Source: Okamejei kenojei (taxonomy: Eukaryota). Taken from it: a stretch of DNA of 64,000 nucleotides. The notes below the pieces were generated by a model. The model worked only from the letters and a program-made list of their open reading frames with translations, made no database searches and had not been told where the DNA came from. Positions within the stretch are counted from its first letter, which is position 1; each line of letters starts with the position of its first letter. The position numbers and the translations under genes are program-made. This document shows, piece by piece, positions 1 to 12,300 of this stretch. The stretch lies in NCBI GenBank assembly GCA_035221665.1, contig CM069137.1:76694001-76758000 (forward strand), written 5' to 3'.

Positions 1-819
1 CTTTAATGTCCAAAAACCCAAGGCCTAATCTAAGAGGAGAATGTCTAAATTTGGTCCCCCAAACTAGCCTTTAAAGATAGAATAGTATTAAGCAAATAAA
101 AGTGTCAACATACTAATGGAATTAATGATACCAAGTGAGAAAGAGTAATTTAATGCTATTAACCATGCTATCAATTTGTTCTTTTGTGAATATTAAATGC
201 TGTGCATATTAAGAGATTGCATGCAGAATTTGTAAAATTGACAGATTTATATCATGCATTTTTGTTTTTAACAAGACCATAGCTTCAGGCATTCAAGCTT
301 AAAATTCACGATGTGCTAGATTAGCTGATAACTGGAAGCCTCCAGTTTGTGAACTGCCTGGTCTCTGCTGGAGCACCAATAATAACTGAACTTTGATACC
401 CTGGGTCTCAAGAGAGGAAAATCTAACCAGAATTTCAATTACCATCTCTTTTCAACTTTGCCATCCTCTTGGGATATGTTTTCAGATGTATGTGAAGATG
501 GAATAATGTGACTTCCCCATTCCAGTCAACCGCCACACATTTTTTTGTATCCATTGAGGTTTGTTAATATTTCTCTGCTGTTTTGCATGAATAACAGGCC
601 CCTTGGATAAAAATTGAATCCAGAGCTGAGCAGCACAAATTAAAGCTGGAAAGGAGGGAAAAAAACTTCCCACTTAATTGTGTCTTAAACATGTAGCACT
701 AAGTTTTATTAGTGATTTTCTTCCGTTGTTATAAATTACAATGAAATAAAATTATTCACTTTTCAAATGTTTATGCTTTTCAGTAATTAACTATAATAGT
801 TTAAATGTTATTTAAACTA

Positions 820-879
820 TTCGGCACGGACTGGAAGGGCCGAGAGGGCCTGTTTCCGTGCTGTAATTGTTATATGTTA
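820..879 (+). mobile_element. short CR1-type LINE 3' tail
   Basis: Near-identical to the tail at 20143-20203 (TTCGGCACGGACT.GAAGGGCC...CTGTTTCCGTGCTGTAATTGTTATATG). Confidence 0.8.
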
Positions 880-1964
880 GTACATTCACATCAAGAGAAT
901 ATAATTGCTTTAAGAGCAGATATTTTGAAGTATTGTAATCCAAATTGGGTATTGTGGAGCCATTAAGATATCAGCATGATTGATTTATAATGTCATGTAT
1001 AAAATGTGAATTTTGCTCTTGGTCAATAACTATTGGGGAAAGGACAATAATATCCCTTTAGGATTTGCTAGTTCGATGTGTGAAATGGCCTGCTTTTTCT
1101 CGATGACGGCTTTTATAAAGAAATTAAATTGTTCTGAAAATATGTTGATCTAGATTAATATTTAAATATTAGTGAGAAAATAACAGAACTTCACTCCCTT
1201 CAGAAACTAATAGATCAAGTTAAGTCAAATTTATTGTCATGCACAAGTACGTTGAGGGTCAGGACAAGAAAATTTGGATTGCAGCAACATCGCAGGCAGA
1301 TGGACTCAGACAAACACACAAAAACAAATTACACGTATTTCAAAAAAATGATAATGCAAAATAAATTACTGCACAATGTTAGATCTTTGCTTGTAATTGT
1401 GAATATTATTAAACTAATGTAACATTGCAAGTACACAAACCTGCTATCATGGCATTCAGTTATGTTAAATTTGATTACGCCAACAATTCAAATCTTGTAG
1501 AATCTGAAGAGAATATTGACTTTGCAGGATGATGGAAGTAAGACATAGAGATCCAGTAATGGAATGGATACAATTTGAGCTGTGATTAAGCTTACATTAT
1601 TTTGATAGATTACAAATGTTGGTGTGCTGATTTTGCTCATCATCTTTTCAGTTGCTTTTTACAAAGTTACTGAAATAACATGTAATTCCTACTTATTTCA
1701 TTTTACATTTCCTCCTTTTGTATAACCTTAGAACATTTTTCTCATACTGATATTTACCGCGTATAGAGCAGTTTGTATTTTGGAATAAGTCACTTGTAGT
1801 ATGATTTTGTTAGAAAGATATAACTAACCACGTTTTCTAAAAGCCAGATTCTCCTTTTGAGGCTCGTTCATGATGTCTTTGAGTACTTGTGTTGAAATTA
1901 CCTCCCGAAGCCATTGTTGAATAATTGCCCTGCTGGATGAATTATAGTCACAAATTACTTAATC

Positions 1965-2016
1965 TTTACAAGTAAACCTTTAATCTATTTACAAGTAAAC
2001 TTTTAATCTATTTACA
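1965..2016. repeat. 23-bp tandem duplication (about 2.3 copies)
   Basis: TTTACAAGTAAAC(C/T)TTTAATCTA x2 followed by TTTACA. Confidence 0.9.
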
Positions 2017-2429
2017 GAGGGGTTTTTTTTTTAAAGACCCTCTCCCATTTTCTGAGCTTGTGGAAAATTACATATGTAATGATACTGAGCCAAATTAACC
2101 CCTTCATAATTTTAGTATTGTTCTGGCCTAGGTTTGAATTTAAATGTTGATTCTAATTAAATCATGATGTGGACAATGAGTGGAGTTTAACAAATGTAGC
2201 AAATATCATAAATCCTTGCAATTTCTTCTCTTCCATTCTGAATTACATGGTATATAATATCTGCTTTGTGGTAAAATGGTTAAAACTTTCAACCAAACAC
2301 TGCTTACAAATTGCTTTTTGAGAAGTTATATTCAACCAAAGCAACACAACCCCAGCCTGAGAAACGTTTTGTCTGCCCAAACTATTTTATTAAGTCTTTG
2401 AGAAAATACAAAATAGTTATAAATTTGAG

Positions 2430-3336
2430 ATTGGCAATAGGTGCAGCAGTAGGCCATTGGCCCTTCGAGCCAGCATTGCCATTCAATGTGATCATAGCTG
2501 ATCATCCCCAATCAGTACCCCGTTCCTGCCTTCTCCCCATATCCCCTGACTCCGCTATTTTTAAGAGCCCTATCTAGCTCTCTCTTGCAAGCATCCAGAT
2601 AACCTGCCTCCACCTCCCTCTGAGGCAGATGATTCTCAGACTGACCACTCTCTGTGAGAAAAAGTGTTTCCTCGTCTCTGTTCTAAATGGCTTACTCCCT
2701 ATTCTTAAACTGTGGCCCCTGGTTCTGGACTCCCCCAAAACTGGGAACATGTTTCCTGCCTCTAGTGTGTCCAAGCCCTTAACAATCTTATATGTTTCAA
2801 TTAGATCCCCTCTCATCTTTCTAAACTCCAGTGTACAAGCCCAGCTGCTCCATTCTCTCAGCATATGACAGTCCCGCCATCCCGGGAATTAACCTTGTAA
2901 ACCTACGCTGCACTCCCTCAATAGCAAGAATGCGCTTCCTCAAATTAGGGGACCAAAACTGCACACAATACTCCAGGTGTGGCCTCACTAGGGCTCCGTA
3001 CAACTGCAGAAGGACCTCTTTGCTCCTATTTTCGATTCCTCTTGTTATAAAGGCCAACATGCCATTTGCTTTCTTCACTGCCTGCTGTACTTGCATGCTT
3101 ACTTTCATAGATTGATGTACAAGGACCCCCAGATCCCGTTGTACTTCTCCTTTTCCCAACTTGACGCCATTTAGATAGTAATCTGCCTTCCTGTTTTTGT
3201 TACCAAAGTGGATAACCTCTCATTTATCCGCATTAGACTTCATCTGCCATGCATCTGGCCACTCCCCCCAACCTGTCCAAGACACCCTCCATTCTCATAG
3301 CATCCTCCTCACAGTTCACACTGCCACCCAGCTTTG
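2430..3336 (-). mobile_element. 5'-truncated CR1 (HER1-like) LINE: RT C-terminus and 3' tail
   Basis: QRDLGVLVH...LVRPHLEYCVQFWSP...LRGDLIETYKI motifs across two frames; tail GGCCATT.GGCCCTTCGAGCC. Confidence 0.93.
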
Positions 3337-3676
3337 CTAATAAAAAATGTAGTAATACTCTTGGAAGTGATCAAATTTTGATGTAGATCTACTATTCAAT
3401 ATAAAAGAAAGTCTACATAAAGGATGTAGAGATTCCTATATGTTATAACATTTTAATTAAACTTTTCAACTGCAGCTCACTTCAATGATCAACTGGCACA
3501 CGTTGACCAGCTATTATTGGAATACTACTAAATGCAGTTATTAACTTAGTTGCACTGTAGATCTGAGAATGTATGATCATTGATTACATTTGATAACTTC
3601 TGTGCTCCCAAACGATAACAAGCAATTTTTATTCTGGCCATTGGAGCAAAAACAACATTCAGGTGATTTTTTTTTA

Positions 3677-4088
3677 AGAAAGAACTTCAGATGCTGGAAA
3701 AATCGAAGGCAATTAAAACTACTATTCTATTAAATTAATCCTTCATACATACACAAAAATGCAAGTTTTTTTGTGTTTAGCTATATAAAAAAAAAGACCA
3801 AATTCCCCTGAATGTAGACATAAAAGCTGGAGAAACTCAGCGGGTGAGATAGCATCTATGGAGCGAAGGAATAGGTGACATTTCGGGTCGAGACCTTTCT
3901 TCAGACTGAAACAAAACTTCACCTATTCCTTCGCTCCATTGATGCTGCCTCACCCGCAGAGTTTCTCCAGCTTTTATGTCTACATTCAGGTGAATTTGGT
4001 CATTGTTTCTTTTATAGCTAAACACAAAAAACCTTGCATTTTTGTGTATGTATGAAGGATTAATTTAATAGAATAGTAGTTTTAATTG
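3677..4088. repeat. Penelope-terminus-derived palindrome extended into a hairpin with about 170-bp arms
   Basis: 3710-3878 is the reverse complement of 3919-4088; core resembles the Penelope terminus at 26445-26570. Confidence 0.85.
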
Positions 4089-4519
4089 TCCACTACACTG
4101 AACCATATAAATAAAAACTTTCTTTCGTTGCCTTCTTGTTACTTGCCTTGTCCCAATAGTTCTCATGGTCACTAACGGGAGTTTGAATGGAATAATAATG
4201 GCATGCTAGGTGTGAGGGCATGTCTGGAACCTGGAGGTCATCGTTTCAAAAGGCCAGTTAGAACAGAGGTGAGATAAAACTTCTCACTCAGTAGCGAATC
4301 ATTGGCATTTTCAACCCAAGGGTCTTCGTCAAAGTATATTCAAGGCAAAGCACAATAGATTTTTATATTTCAAGGAATTCAAGCAATTTACAGTTTCACA
4401 GGAAAGTGTCGCTAAAAGGAAATTTCACCCATGACTGGGAATGTAACATAAGGAGCTAAATGTCCTTTTGCTTCAATTTCTTGTGCTCCATGATACAAGA
4501 AACAGCTGTGTGATGCCAG

Positions 4520-4615
4520 TGACTGATCCCTCTGCAACTCTGGTTAATTCGCCCTTTCTCACCCACACCACCACATCCCTAGACACTTTCCCTGCAACCA
4601 CAGTTGTAACACCTT
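4520..4615 (+). mobile_element. Penelope-like element fragment (upstream piece of an interrupted copy)
   Basis: ACTTTCCCTGCAACC resembles TATTTCCCCTGCAACCGC in the Penelope copy near 27060-27085 (minus); appears to resume at about 8370. Confidence 0.5.
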
Positions 4616-4639
4616 TCATAGTAATTCAGTGCTGAAACA

Positions 4640-5190
4640 TCGCCTTTGGCTCTAATTGCCCACACCGACCAATTCTTGTGTAAAAAGGTTGCCCTTAAGG
4701 TTTCTGTTAAGAACCCCTCTCCCCCATTACCCTAAACCTGTGTCCTCTGTTTCTCAATTCCCTTACTCTGGGTAAAATACTGCATTTACCATATCTTCCT
4801 TGTGGGATCTTCCCTCATCCTCTTGCACGCGAAGGAATAAAATCTTAGCCCGTTCAATCTCTCCATATAAGCTCAGCCCCCCCCTCCCCCCACACCCTGA
4901 GTCCTGGCAACATCCTTGTAAATCATTAATGTCTCCTTTCCAGCTTAACATCTTTCCTATAACAGGGTGACCAAAACTGAACACAATACTCACTGAACAC
5001 AATACTCTAAATGTGGTATCACTAATACAGCAACTGCAACATAACCTTCCAACTTCTATGTTCAATACTTTAATGAAGGCCAATTTGCCAAAAAACCTTG
5101 ACCACCCTATCTATTTGTGACACCACTTTCAAGGAACTATACCTGCACTAGACCACTGCTCTACAATACTCCCCCAGAGCATTGCCATTC
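4640..5190 (-). mobile_element. old degraded CR1 LINE 3' fragment
   Basis: Traces of AFIK...IE, QFWSP-like (CAGTTTTGGTCACCCTG) and 3'UTR-like sequence. Confidence 0.7.
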
Positions 5191-5203
5191 AGAGCATCAG
5201 AGG

Positions 5204-8200
5204 ATAGAAACATAGAAAATAGGTGCAGGAGTAGGCCATTTGGCCCTTTGAGCCTGCGCCGCCATTCAATATGATCATGGCTGATCATCCAACTCAGTAT
5301 CCTGTACCAGCCTTCTCTCCATACCCCCTGATCCCTTTAGCCACAAGGGCCACATCTAACTCCCTCTTAAATATAGCCAATGAACTGGCCTCATCAACCT
5401 GTGGCAGCGAATTCCACAGATTCACCACTCTGTGTGAAAAATGTTTTTCTCATCTCGGTCCTAAAAGACTTCCCCCTTATCCTTAAACTATGACCTCGTG
5501 GTCTGGACTTCCCCAACATCGGGAACACTCTTCCTGCATCCAGCCTTTCCAACCTCTTAATTTTGTAAGTTTCTATAAGATCCCCCCTCAATCTTCTAAA
5601 TTCTAGCGAGTACAAGCCGAGTCTATCCAGTGTTTCTTCATATGAAAGTCCTGCCATCCCAGGAATCAGTCTGGTGATCCTTCCATGTATGGCAAGAATG
5701 TCTTTCCTCAGATTAGGAGACCAAAACTGTACACAATACTCCAGGTGTGGTCTCACCAAGACCCTGTACAACTGCAGCAGAACCTCCCTGCTCCTATACT
5801 CAAATCCTTTTGCTATGAATGCTAACATACCATTCGCTTTCTTCACTACCTGCTGCACCTGCATGCCTACATTCAATGACTGGTGTACAATGACACCCAG
5901 GTCTCGTTGCATCTCCCCTTTTCCTAATCGGCCACCATTCAGATAATAGTCTACTTTCCTGTTCTCGCCACCAAAGTGGATAACCTCACATTTATCCACA
6001 TTATACTGCATCTGCCATGCATTTGCCTACTCACCCAACCTATCCAAGTCACCTTGCAGCTTCCTAGCATCCTCCTCACAGCTAACACTGCCCCCCAGCT
6101 TCGTGTCATCCGCAAACTTTGAGATGTTGCATTCAATTCCCTTGTCCAAATCATTACTATATATATCGTAAATAGCTGGGGTCCCAGCACTGAGCCTTGC
6201 AGTACCCCACTAGCCACTGCCTGCCATTCTGAAATAGACCTGTTTACTCCTACTCTTTGCTTCCTATCTGCCAGCCAGTTCTCTATCCACATCAATACTG
6301 AACCCCCAATACCGTGTGCTATAAGTGTGTATACTAATCTCTTATGTGGGACCTTGTCGAAAGCCTTCTGAAAGTCCAGATATAACACATCCACTGGTTC
6401 TCCCTTTTGACTCTACTAGTTACATCCTCGAAAAATTCTACAAGAGTCATCAGATATGATTTACCTTTCATACGTCCATGCTGACTTTGTCCAATGATTT
6501 TACCACTTTCCAAATGTGCTCTGGAATTCTCTGCCACAGAAGGTAGTTGAGGCCAGTTCATTGGCTATATTAAAGAGGGAGTTAGATGTGTCCCTTGTGG
6601 CTAAAGGGATCAGGGGGTATGGAGAGAAGGCAGGTACAGGATACTGAGGTGGATGATCAGCCATGATCATATTGAATGGCGGTGCAGGCTCGAAGGGCCG
6701 AATGGCCTACTCCTGCAACTATTTTCTATGTTTCTATGTGCTGCTATCCCATCTTAAATAACTGACTAGCATTTTCCCCACTATCGATGTTAGACTAATT
6801 GGTCTGTAATTCCCTGTTTTCTCTCTCCCTCCCTTTTTTAAAAGTGGGGTTACATTAGCTACCCTCTAATCCTCAGGATCTACTCCAGAACCTAAAGAGT
6901 TTTGAAAAATTATCACTAATGCATCCACTATTTCTGGGGCTACTTCCTTAAGTACTCTGAGATGCAGCCTATCTGGCCCTGGGGATTTATCGGCCTTTAA
7001 TCCATTCAATTTACCTAACGCCACTTCCCGACTAACCTGGATTTCACTCAGTTCCTCCATCTCATTTGACAACCGGCCCCTGCTATTTCTGGCAGATTAT
7101 TTATGTCTTCCTTAGTGAAGACAGAACCAAAGTAGTTATTCAATTGGTCTGCCATGTCCTTGTTCCCCATGATCAATTCACCTGTTTCTGACTGTAAAGG
7201 ACCCACATTTTTTTTAACTAATCTTTTTCTCTTTACATATCTATAAAAACATTTGCAGTCAGTTTTTATGTTCCCTGCCAGTTTTCTTTCATAATCTATT
7301 TTCTCTTTCCTAATTAAGCCCTTTGTCCTCCTCTGCTGGACTATGAACTTCTCCCAGTCCTCTGGTAGGCTGTTTTTTCTGGCTAATTTGTATGCTTCAT
7401 CTTTTGTTTTGATACTATCCCTGATTTCCTTTGTTATCCATGGATGCACTACCTTCCCTGATTTATTCTTTTGCCAAACTGGGATGAACAATTGTTGTAG
7501 TTCATCCATGCAGTCTTTAAATGCCTTCCATTGCATATCCACCGTCAACCCTTTAAGAATCAATTGCCAGTCTATCTTGGCCAATTCACGTCTCATACCC
7601 TCAAAATTACGTTTCTTTAAGTTCAGAACCCTTGTTTCAGAATTAACTATGTCATTCTCCATTCTAATGAAGAACTCAACCATGTTATGGTCACTCTTGC
7701 CCAAGGCGCCACGCACAACAAGACTGCTAACTAACCCTTCCTCATTACTCAATACCCAGTCTAGAATAGCCTACTCTCTCGTTGGTTCCTCTACATGTTG
7801 GTTTAGAAAACTATCCCGCACACATTCCAAGAAATCCTCTTCCTCAGCACCCCTGCCAATTTGATTCACCCAATCTATATGTAGATTGAAGTCACCCATT
7901 ATAACTGTTTTACCTTTGTTGCATGCATTTCTAATTGGTCACCCTGGAGCCATGTCTCTGTGATCCCAACTATATCATATCCTTTAACAACTATCTGCAC
8001 GTTCAACTCATCCACCTTATTACGAATGCTCCTTGCATTGAGGCACAAAACCGTCAGGGTTGTTTTTACAACACTCTTACCCCTTATACAATTATGTTGA
8101 AAAGTGGCCCTTTTAGATTTTTGCCCTGGATTTGTCTGCCTGCCACTTTTACTTTTCACCTTGCTACCTACTGCTTCTACCCTCAATTTACACCCCTCTG

Positions 8201-8235
8201 TCTCTCTGCTCATGCTCCCACCCCCCTGCCACATT
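5204..8235 (-). mobile_element. CR1 (HER1-like) LINE ORF2 pseudogene: APE endonuclease + RT + tail, with internal deletions
   Basis: LCLNARSIRNK...GITETWL, LGKSDHN, KSPGPD, YLDFQKAFDKVPH, QGSVLGP, RPHLEYCVQFW; microsatellite tail at 5204. Confidence 0.95.
6521..6735 (+). mobile_element. CR1 3'-end insertion nested antisense in the CR1 above, with 7-bp TSD
   Basis: TSD ATGTGCT at 6514-6520 and 6736-6742; insert is the reverse complement of the host tail 5205-5418. Confidence 0.9.
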
Positions 8236-8239
8236 ATTT

Positions 8240-8355
8240 TAAGTTATGGGGAGAAGGCTGGAGAATGGGGTTAGGACGGAAAGAGATCAGCCATGGCAGA
8301 TTAGACTTGATGGGCCAAATGACTTAATTCTGCTCCTGTCACATGATCTTATGAA
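8240..8355 (+). mobile_element. CR1/HE1-type 3' tail fragment
   Basis: GGGGAGAAGGC...GATCAGCCATG...GATGGGCCAAATG.C.TAATTCTGCTCC; related copy on the minus strand at 15070-15195. Confidence 0.65.
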
Positions 8356-8369
8356 TCACTGTGTAATGC

Positions 8370-8825
8370 CCTATACCTACTCCCTCGCATCCATACAGGA
8401 TGTTCACACGCATCTCCTCTAACTCTATTGTATCCGTTCCCGATGTGGCTTCAGTGAGACCAAGCGTAGATATGCCGACTGTTTTGCCAAACACTCGCGC
8501 TTGGTTCGCCAAGGCTTACTGGATCTCCTGGTTGCTGACCATTTTAATTCCCCTTTGCATTCCCATATAGACAATTCTGTCCTGGGCCTTCTCCATTGCC
8601 AGAGTGAGGACATATGCAAACTACAAGAACAGCACCTCATACTCTGCTTGGGTTGCTTACAACCCAATGGAAAGAAAATGTAATTCTCCAATTTTGGGTA
8701 ATTAACCTACAAACACCCCGACCTCCTCTCTCCTCCCGCACTTCCTTATGCCTCACCTTGATGTGCACCCATTTCTTCCCTTCCACCTATATATCTTTAT
8801 ATCATCTTTATATCTTGCTTTATAT
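8370..8825 (+). mobile_element. Penelope-like element, decayed GIY-YIG endonuclease C-terminal region
   Basis: VADHFNSPLHSH...LGLLHCQSE...LQEQHLILCLGCLQPNG, homologous to 26700-27010. Confidence 0.85.
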
Positions 8826-8827
8826 AT

Positions 8828-9344
8828 GGTTTATATCAACGGGTCGAAGGTTGAAAGGGTCAAGAGCTTCAAATTCCTGGATGTGCACATCTCTGAAGAT
8901 ATTTCCTGGTCTGAGAACACTAATGCAATTATTAAGAAAGCACATCAGCGCCTCTACTTCCTGAGAAGATTACGGAGAGTCGGTTTGTCAAGGAGGACTC
9001 TCTCTAACTTCTACAGGTGAGAGCATGCTGACCGGTTGCATCGTGGCTTGGTTCGGCAACTTGAGCGCCCTGGAGAGGAAAAGACTACAGAAAGTAGTAA
9101 ACACTGCCCAGTCCATCATCGGCTCTGACCTCCCTTCCATCGAGGGGATCTATCGCAGTCGCTGCCTCAAAAAGGCTGGCAGTATCATCAAGGAACCACA
9201 CCATCCTGGCCACACACTCATCTTCCCGCTACCCTCAGGTAGAAGGTACAGGAGCCTGAAGACTGTAACGACAAGGTTCAGGAATAGCTATTTCCCAACA
9301 GCCATCAGGCTATTAAACTTGGCTCGAACAAATCTCTGAACACT
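8828..9344 (+). mobile_element. Rex1/Babar LINE, 5'-truncated RT C-terminal fragment
   Basis: INGSKVERVKSFKFL...KKAHQRLYFLRRL...LPSGRRYRSLKT.TTRFRNSYFPTAIRLLN. Confidence 0.9.
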
Positions 9345-12300
9345 AATAGTAAGATTAAACGAGAACTTACCAGTTCAAAGTTTGATCGTTATTTTATGAG
9401 GAGTAACGATGAGGGATTACGTGAAGAAGCCCCGCCTGGCGCTGGAACGGCATACTTCAAAGCAGCGGCATGAAAAACACAGAACATAATAGCCGGAGTA
9501 AGATAGTAAGGCTCAACATAGATTTAGAACTACCAGATGATCATTTATTTTATGAGGGTCGGGAGTGGAGGGCACGTAATCCCTCATCGTTACTCCTCAT
9601 AAAATAACGATCAAACTTCGAACTGGTAAGTTCTCGTTTAATCTTGCTATTTTACTTCGGAGTCACGTGAGTGACTACATGAAGATTTTGAAGCTTTCTG
9701 TGTTTTTTATGTCGTAGACTCATTCCATACGACACTCTGGCTCATTCAACACAGTAATGAGCAAAATAACACATTTTTTTCCTCCAAACATTGCCTCAAG
9801 TTATGTGATAAAGTATTTCACGTTATAAAAGAATAAAAGTAATGCCCTTTCCATTGAAAGGCAAATTTATCACAAAATATCAATTGATAATATAATTTGA
9901 TGGTATGAACAAAGCAACAATTATAGAGAACCCAACACTCCGTGTCCAATCCTGACACCATGACTGGTTCCATTTAATTTAATATTTATTTTACACCCTC
10001 CCGTGGCCTTGAATCTTTGCTCGAGCGGCTCATCCTGTGCCATTCCTGTGAATGTATCTACCTCCTTAACAGAGTGATTTTCCACATTTCAGTGTCTAGT
10101 TCCACTGAGTGTTATTCAAGTTTTAACCATCTAGAATACATTTCTCTAGAACCATCAGTTTTTACTGAAACCGAATGTGGTTTTTTGTGTGTAATAAGTA
10201 GTGCTTTCTCACCACCACAGACTCTTACCTACTTCAACATATTTCATCAATGTTGACTCACACACAATTTATGGCCGACAGGATATGCTTATAGATTTAC
10301 CTTGGTTTCAGCTCTTCTTGGTCTGCTTTGTTTGGTAAATTCATAAACATATATGATAATGTAATCTGTATCCACATGCAATTATAACGTAATATTTGCA
10401 ATGTTTGCACTCTTATGTTGATACTAAAGTCATGAGCATTATTACTTTCAATGTTAACTTTTTTGAATCATTGATAGAATTGGAGTCCATTGCCTAAGGC
10501 AATTCAGGACTATATTAATATCCCGACTTATGTCTTGCAACTTTGGACAGATTATATATATATATCTATATTTATATCTACATATATATCCCTTTTTCCA
10601 TATCGGGATATTACGAATGAACCCGATAACCTTTTGGTTAGTAGATTGTCCGTAAATGGGACGATAACACTCTGAGCCCTACTATTGGCTCTATCAATTA
10701 GATACTCAGAAAAAATGCAATCCACAAGGAACTCACATATATCTAATATAACAAATAACTTTACTGTCTACACAGACTTCCAATTTCTTATAACAAAATT
10801 TTGTTTTTTAAAACTTATTTCTCCAAATTGGAGGTGTAACACTTCTTTTATACATAATTATTTTATTGTTATGTTGTTATATTAGTTAAAACATTCATGG
10901 ACTTCTTTGACCATCAACTGTTGTAATGGTCTGGTCAACCTGCAGATAGTCAAATTCATATTTTCATGTCATGGATGCCTTTGTACAACAATAAATTACT
11001 GCAACTATGAATCATCACAAGTGGTTCAACATCACTCAATATTTATGAAAACCATGAAGGTCCGTTTTGGGCCACCAAAGCGCCTCTGGCAGTGTCCTGC
11101 TGCATTTTCATCAGACACTGCCCTATCAGACAAAAAATGAGGAACATAAAAGAACATCTTTCCTCATGTAATTGAGAGAAATGCATCCACCTTTCCTGTT
11201 CTTGGTTTACCCACGAGAACATTTGAAAGATCGGTGATTTAATCTGTATACAACCAGATTAATCGTAAGTAATCCATATTACTGACAATGTATTTTCCCC
11301 CCTTAATTTGTTGTCTGCGATAACATTGTCTCTTTCTTAGAGATAAACAGCTGGACTAAAACATTTTAGAATATGCCACATCTGTCTACTCAGATAATCA
11401 CATGATTATTATTTTACTTATCTTATGTGATTTAATATATGCCACAGCCGTGGCATTGTTCACCTTGATATGACATGGACACTTCCACAATAGAACAATC
11501 GATATTTAATCCATAACTCCTTATACTTCAATAATTAATACAAATGTTTTGGAGAAATTTCTTAGGACAATCCATTTGCAATTACCTGGTATTATTGTCC
11601 GTAGTCCCAACAAGAGACGTATCAATTATCTTTATAAGAATAGATATTATTCTTATCTTACCCAAATATTCACAGAAGCTGTCCATCATCTGTTAATACT
11701 TGCTTCAGCTTGCAACAGCTACTAAGCTTATAGTTGAAGCAGCTTGTGAACCTTTTTTTTTTTTTTAATCCATTACTTTAATAATGATAATGTATCATTT
11801 GGTATTTGCATAGGCCTCGCACAAAGGCATACATATTCTTATAAGCTTCTGTATTCCATCTTTTGGAGCTTTATTTACTCTTTACCTAGGCTCCTTTTCT
11901 AATGGAGGGACAAAGTATGTCAACAAAGCAATGAGACGTATTTGTATCATGGAACAATTTTCCCCCTCTTATGGTGCTGAATTACTCCCAAATCCAGAAT
12001 AGTAATTTATGAATATTTATGAATGCCTAAACATAGGCTTTATGTGATGGGTCAGGTCCTTGCCTTTCAACAGGCTTGTAATTGCAGCACTAATTTGCAG
12101 CTGACTCTTTATAACCTTCCAATTTAAATGTGATCAAGATAAACCATGACCATGTCCTCATTAGTGCAAGTGCTGATCTTTTTATCAGTACAATTGTTCT
12201 TCCAGTATTCTGTTTAACAGCCTTGAACTGGTTTTAATCCTTTAGACAATGTTTTAACCTGCACAGCTTGACCCATTTTAATTAATTTCAAGCACCTGTA

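Noticed and set aside
1-2400. Possible 3' end of a neighbouring gene (PLEKHA3 lies here in mammals)
   Set aside because: No recognisable coding exon; ORFs 482-673 and 1234-1422 show no homology I can support.
9345-9685. Local 79-bp inverted repeat as a MITE, pre-miRNA or CRISPR-like structure
   Set aside because: Fully explained as the DIRS terminal extension plus ICR once the partner end at 14293-14356 is included.
10017-11140. Short plus-strand ORFs inside the 5-kb element
   Set aside because: AT-rich chance ORFs; the real coding relics (YR, MT) are on the minus strand and broken.
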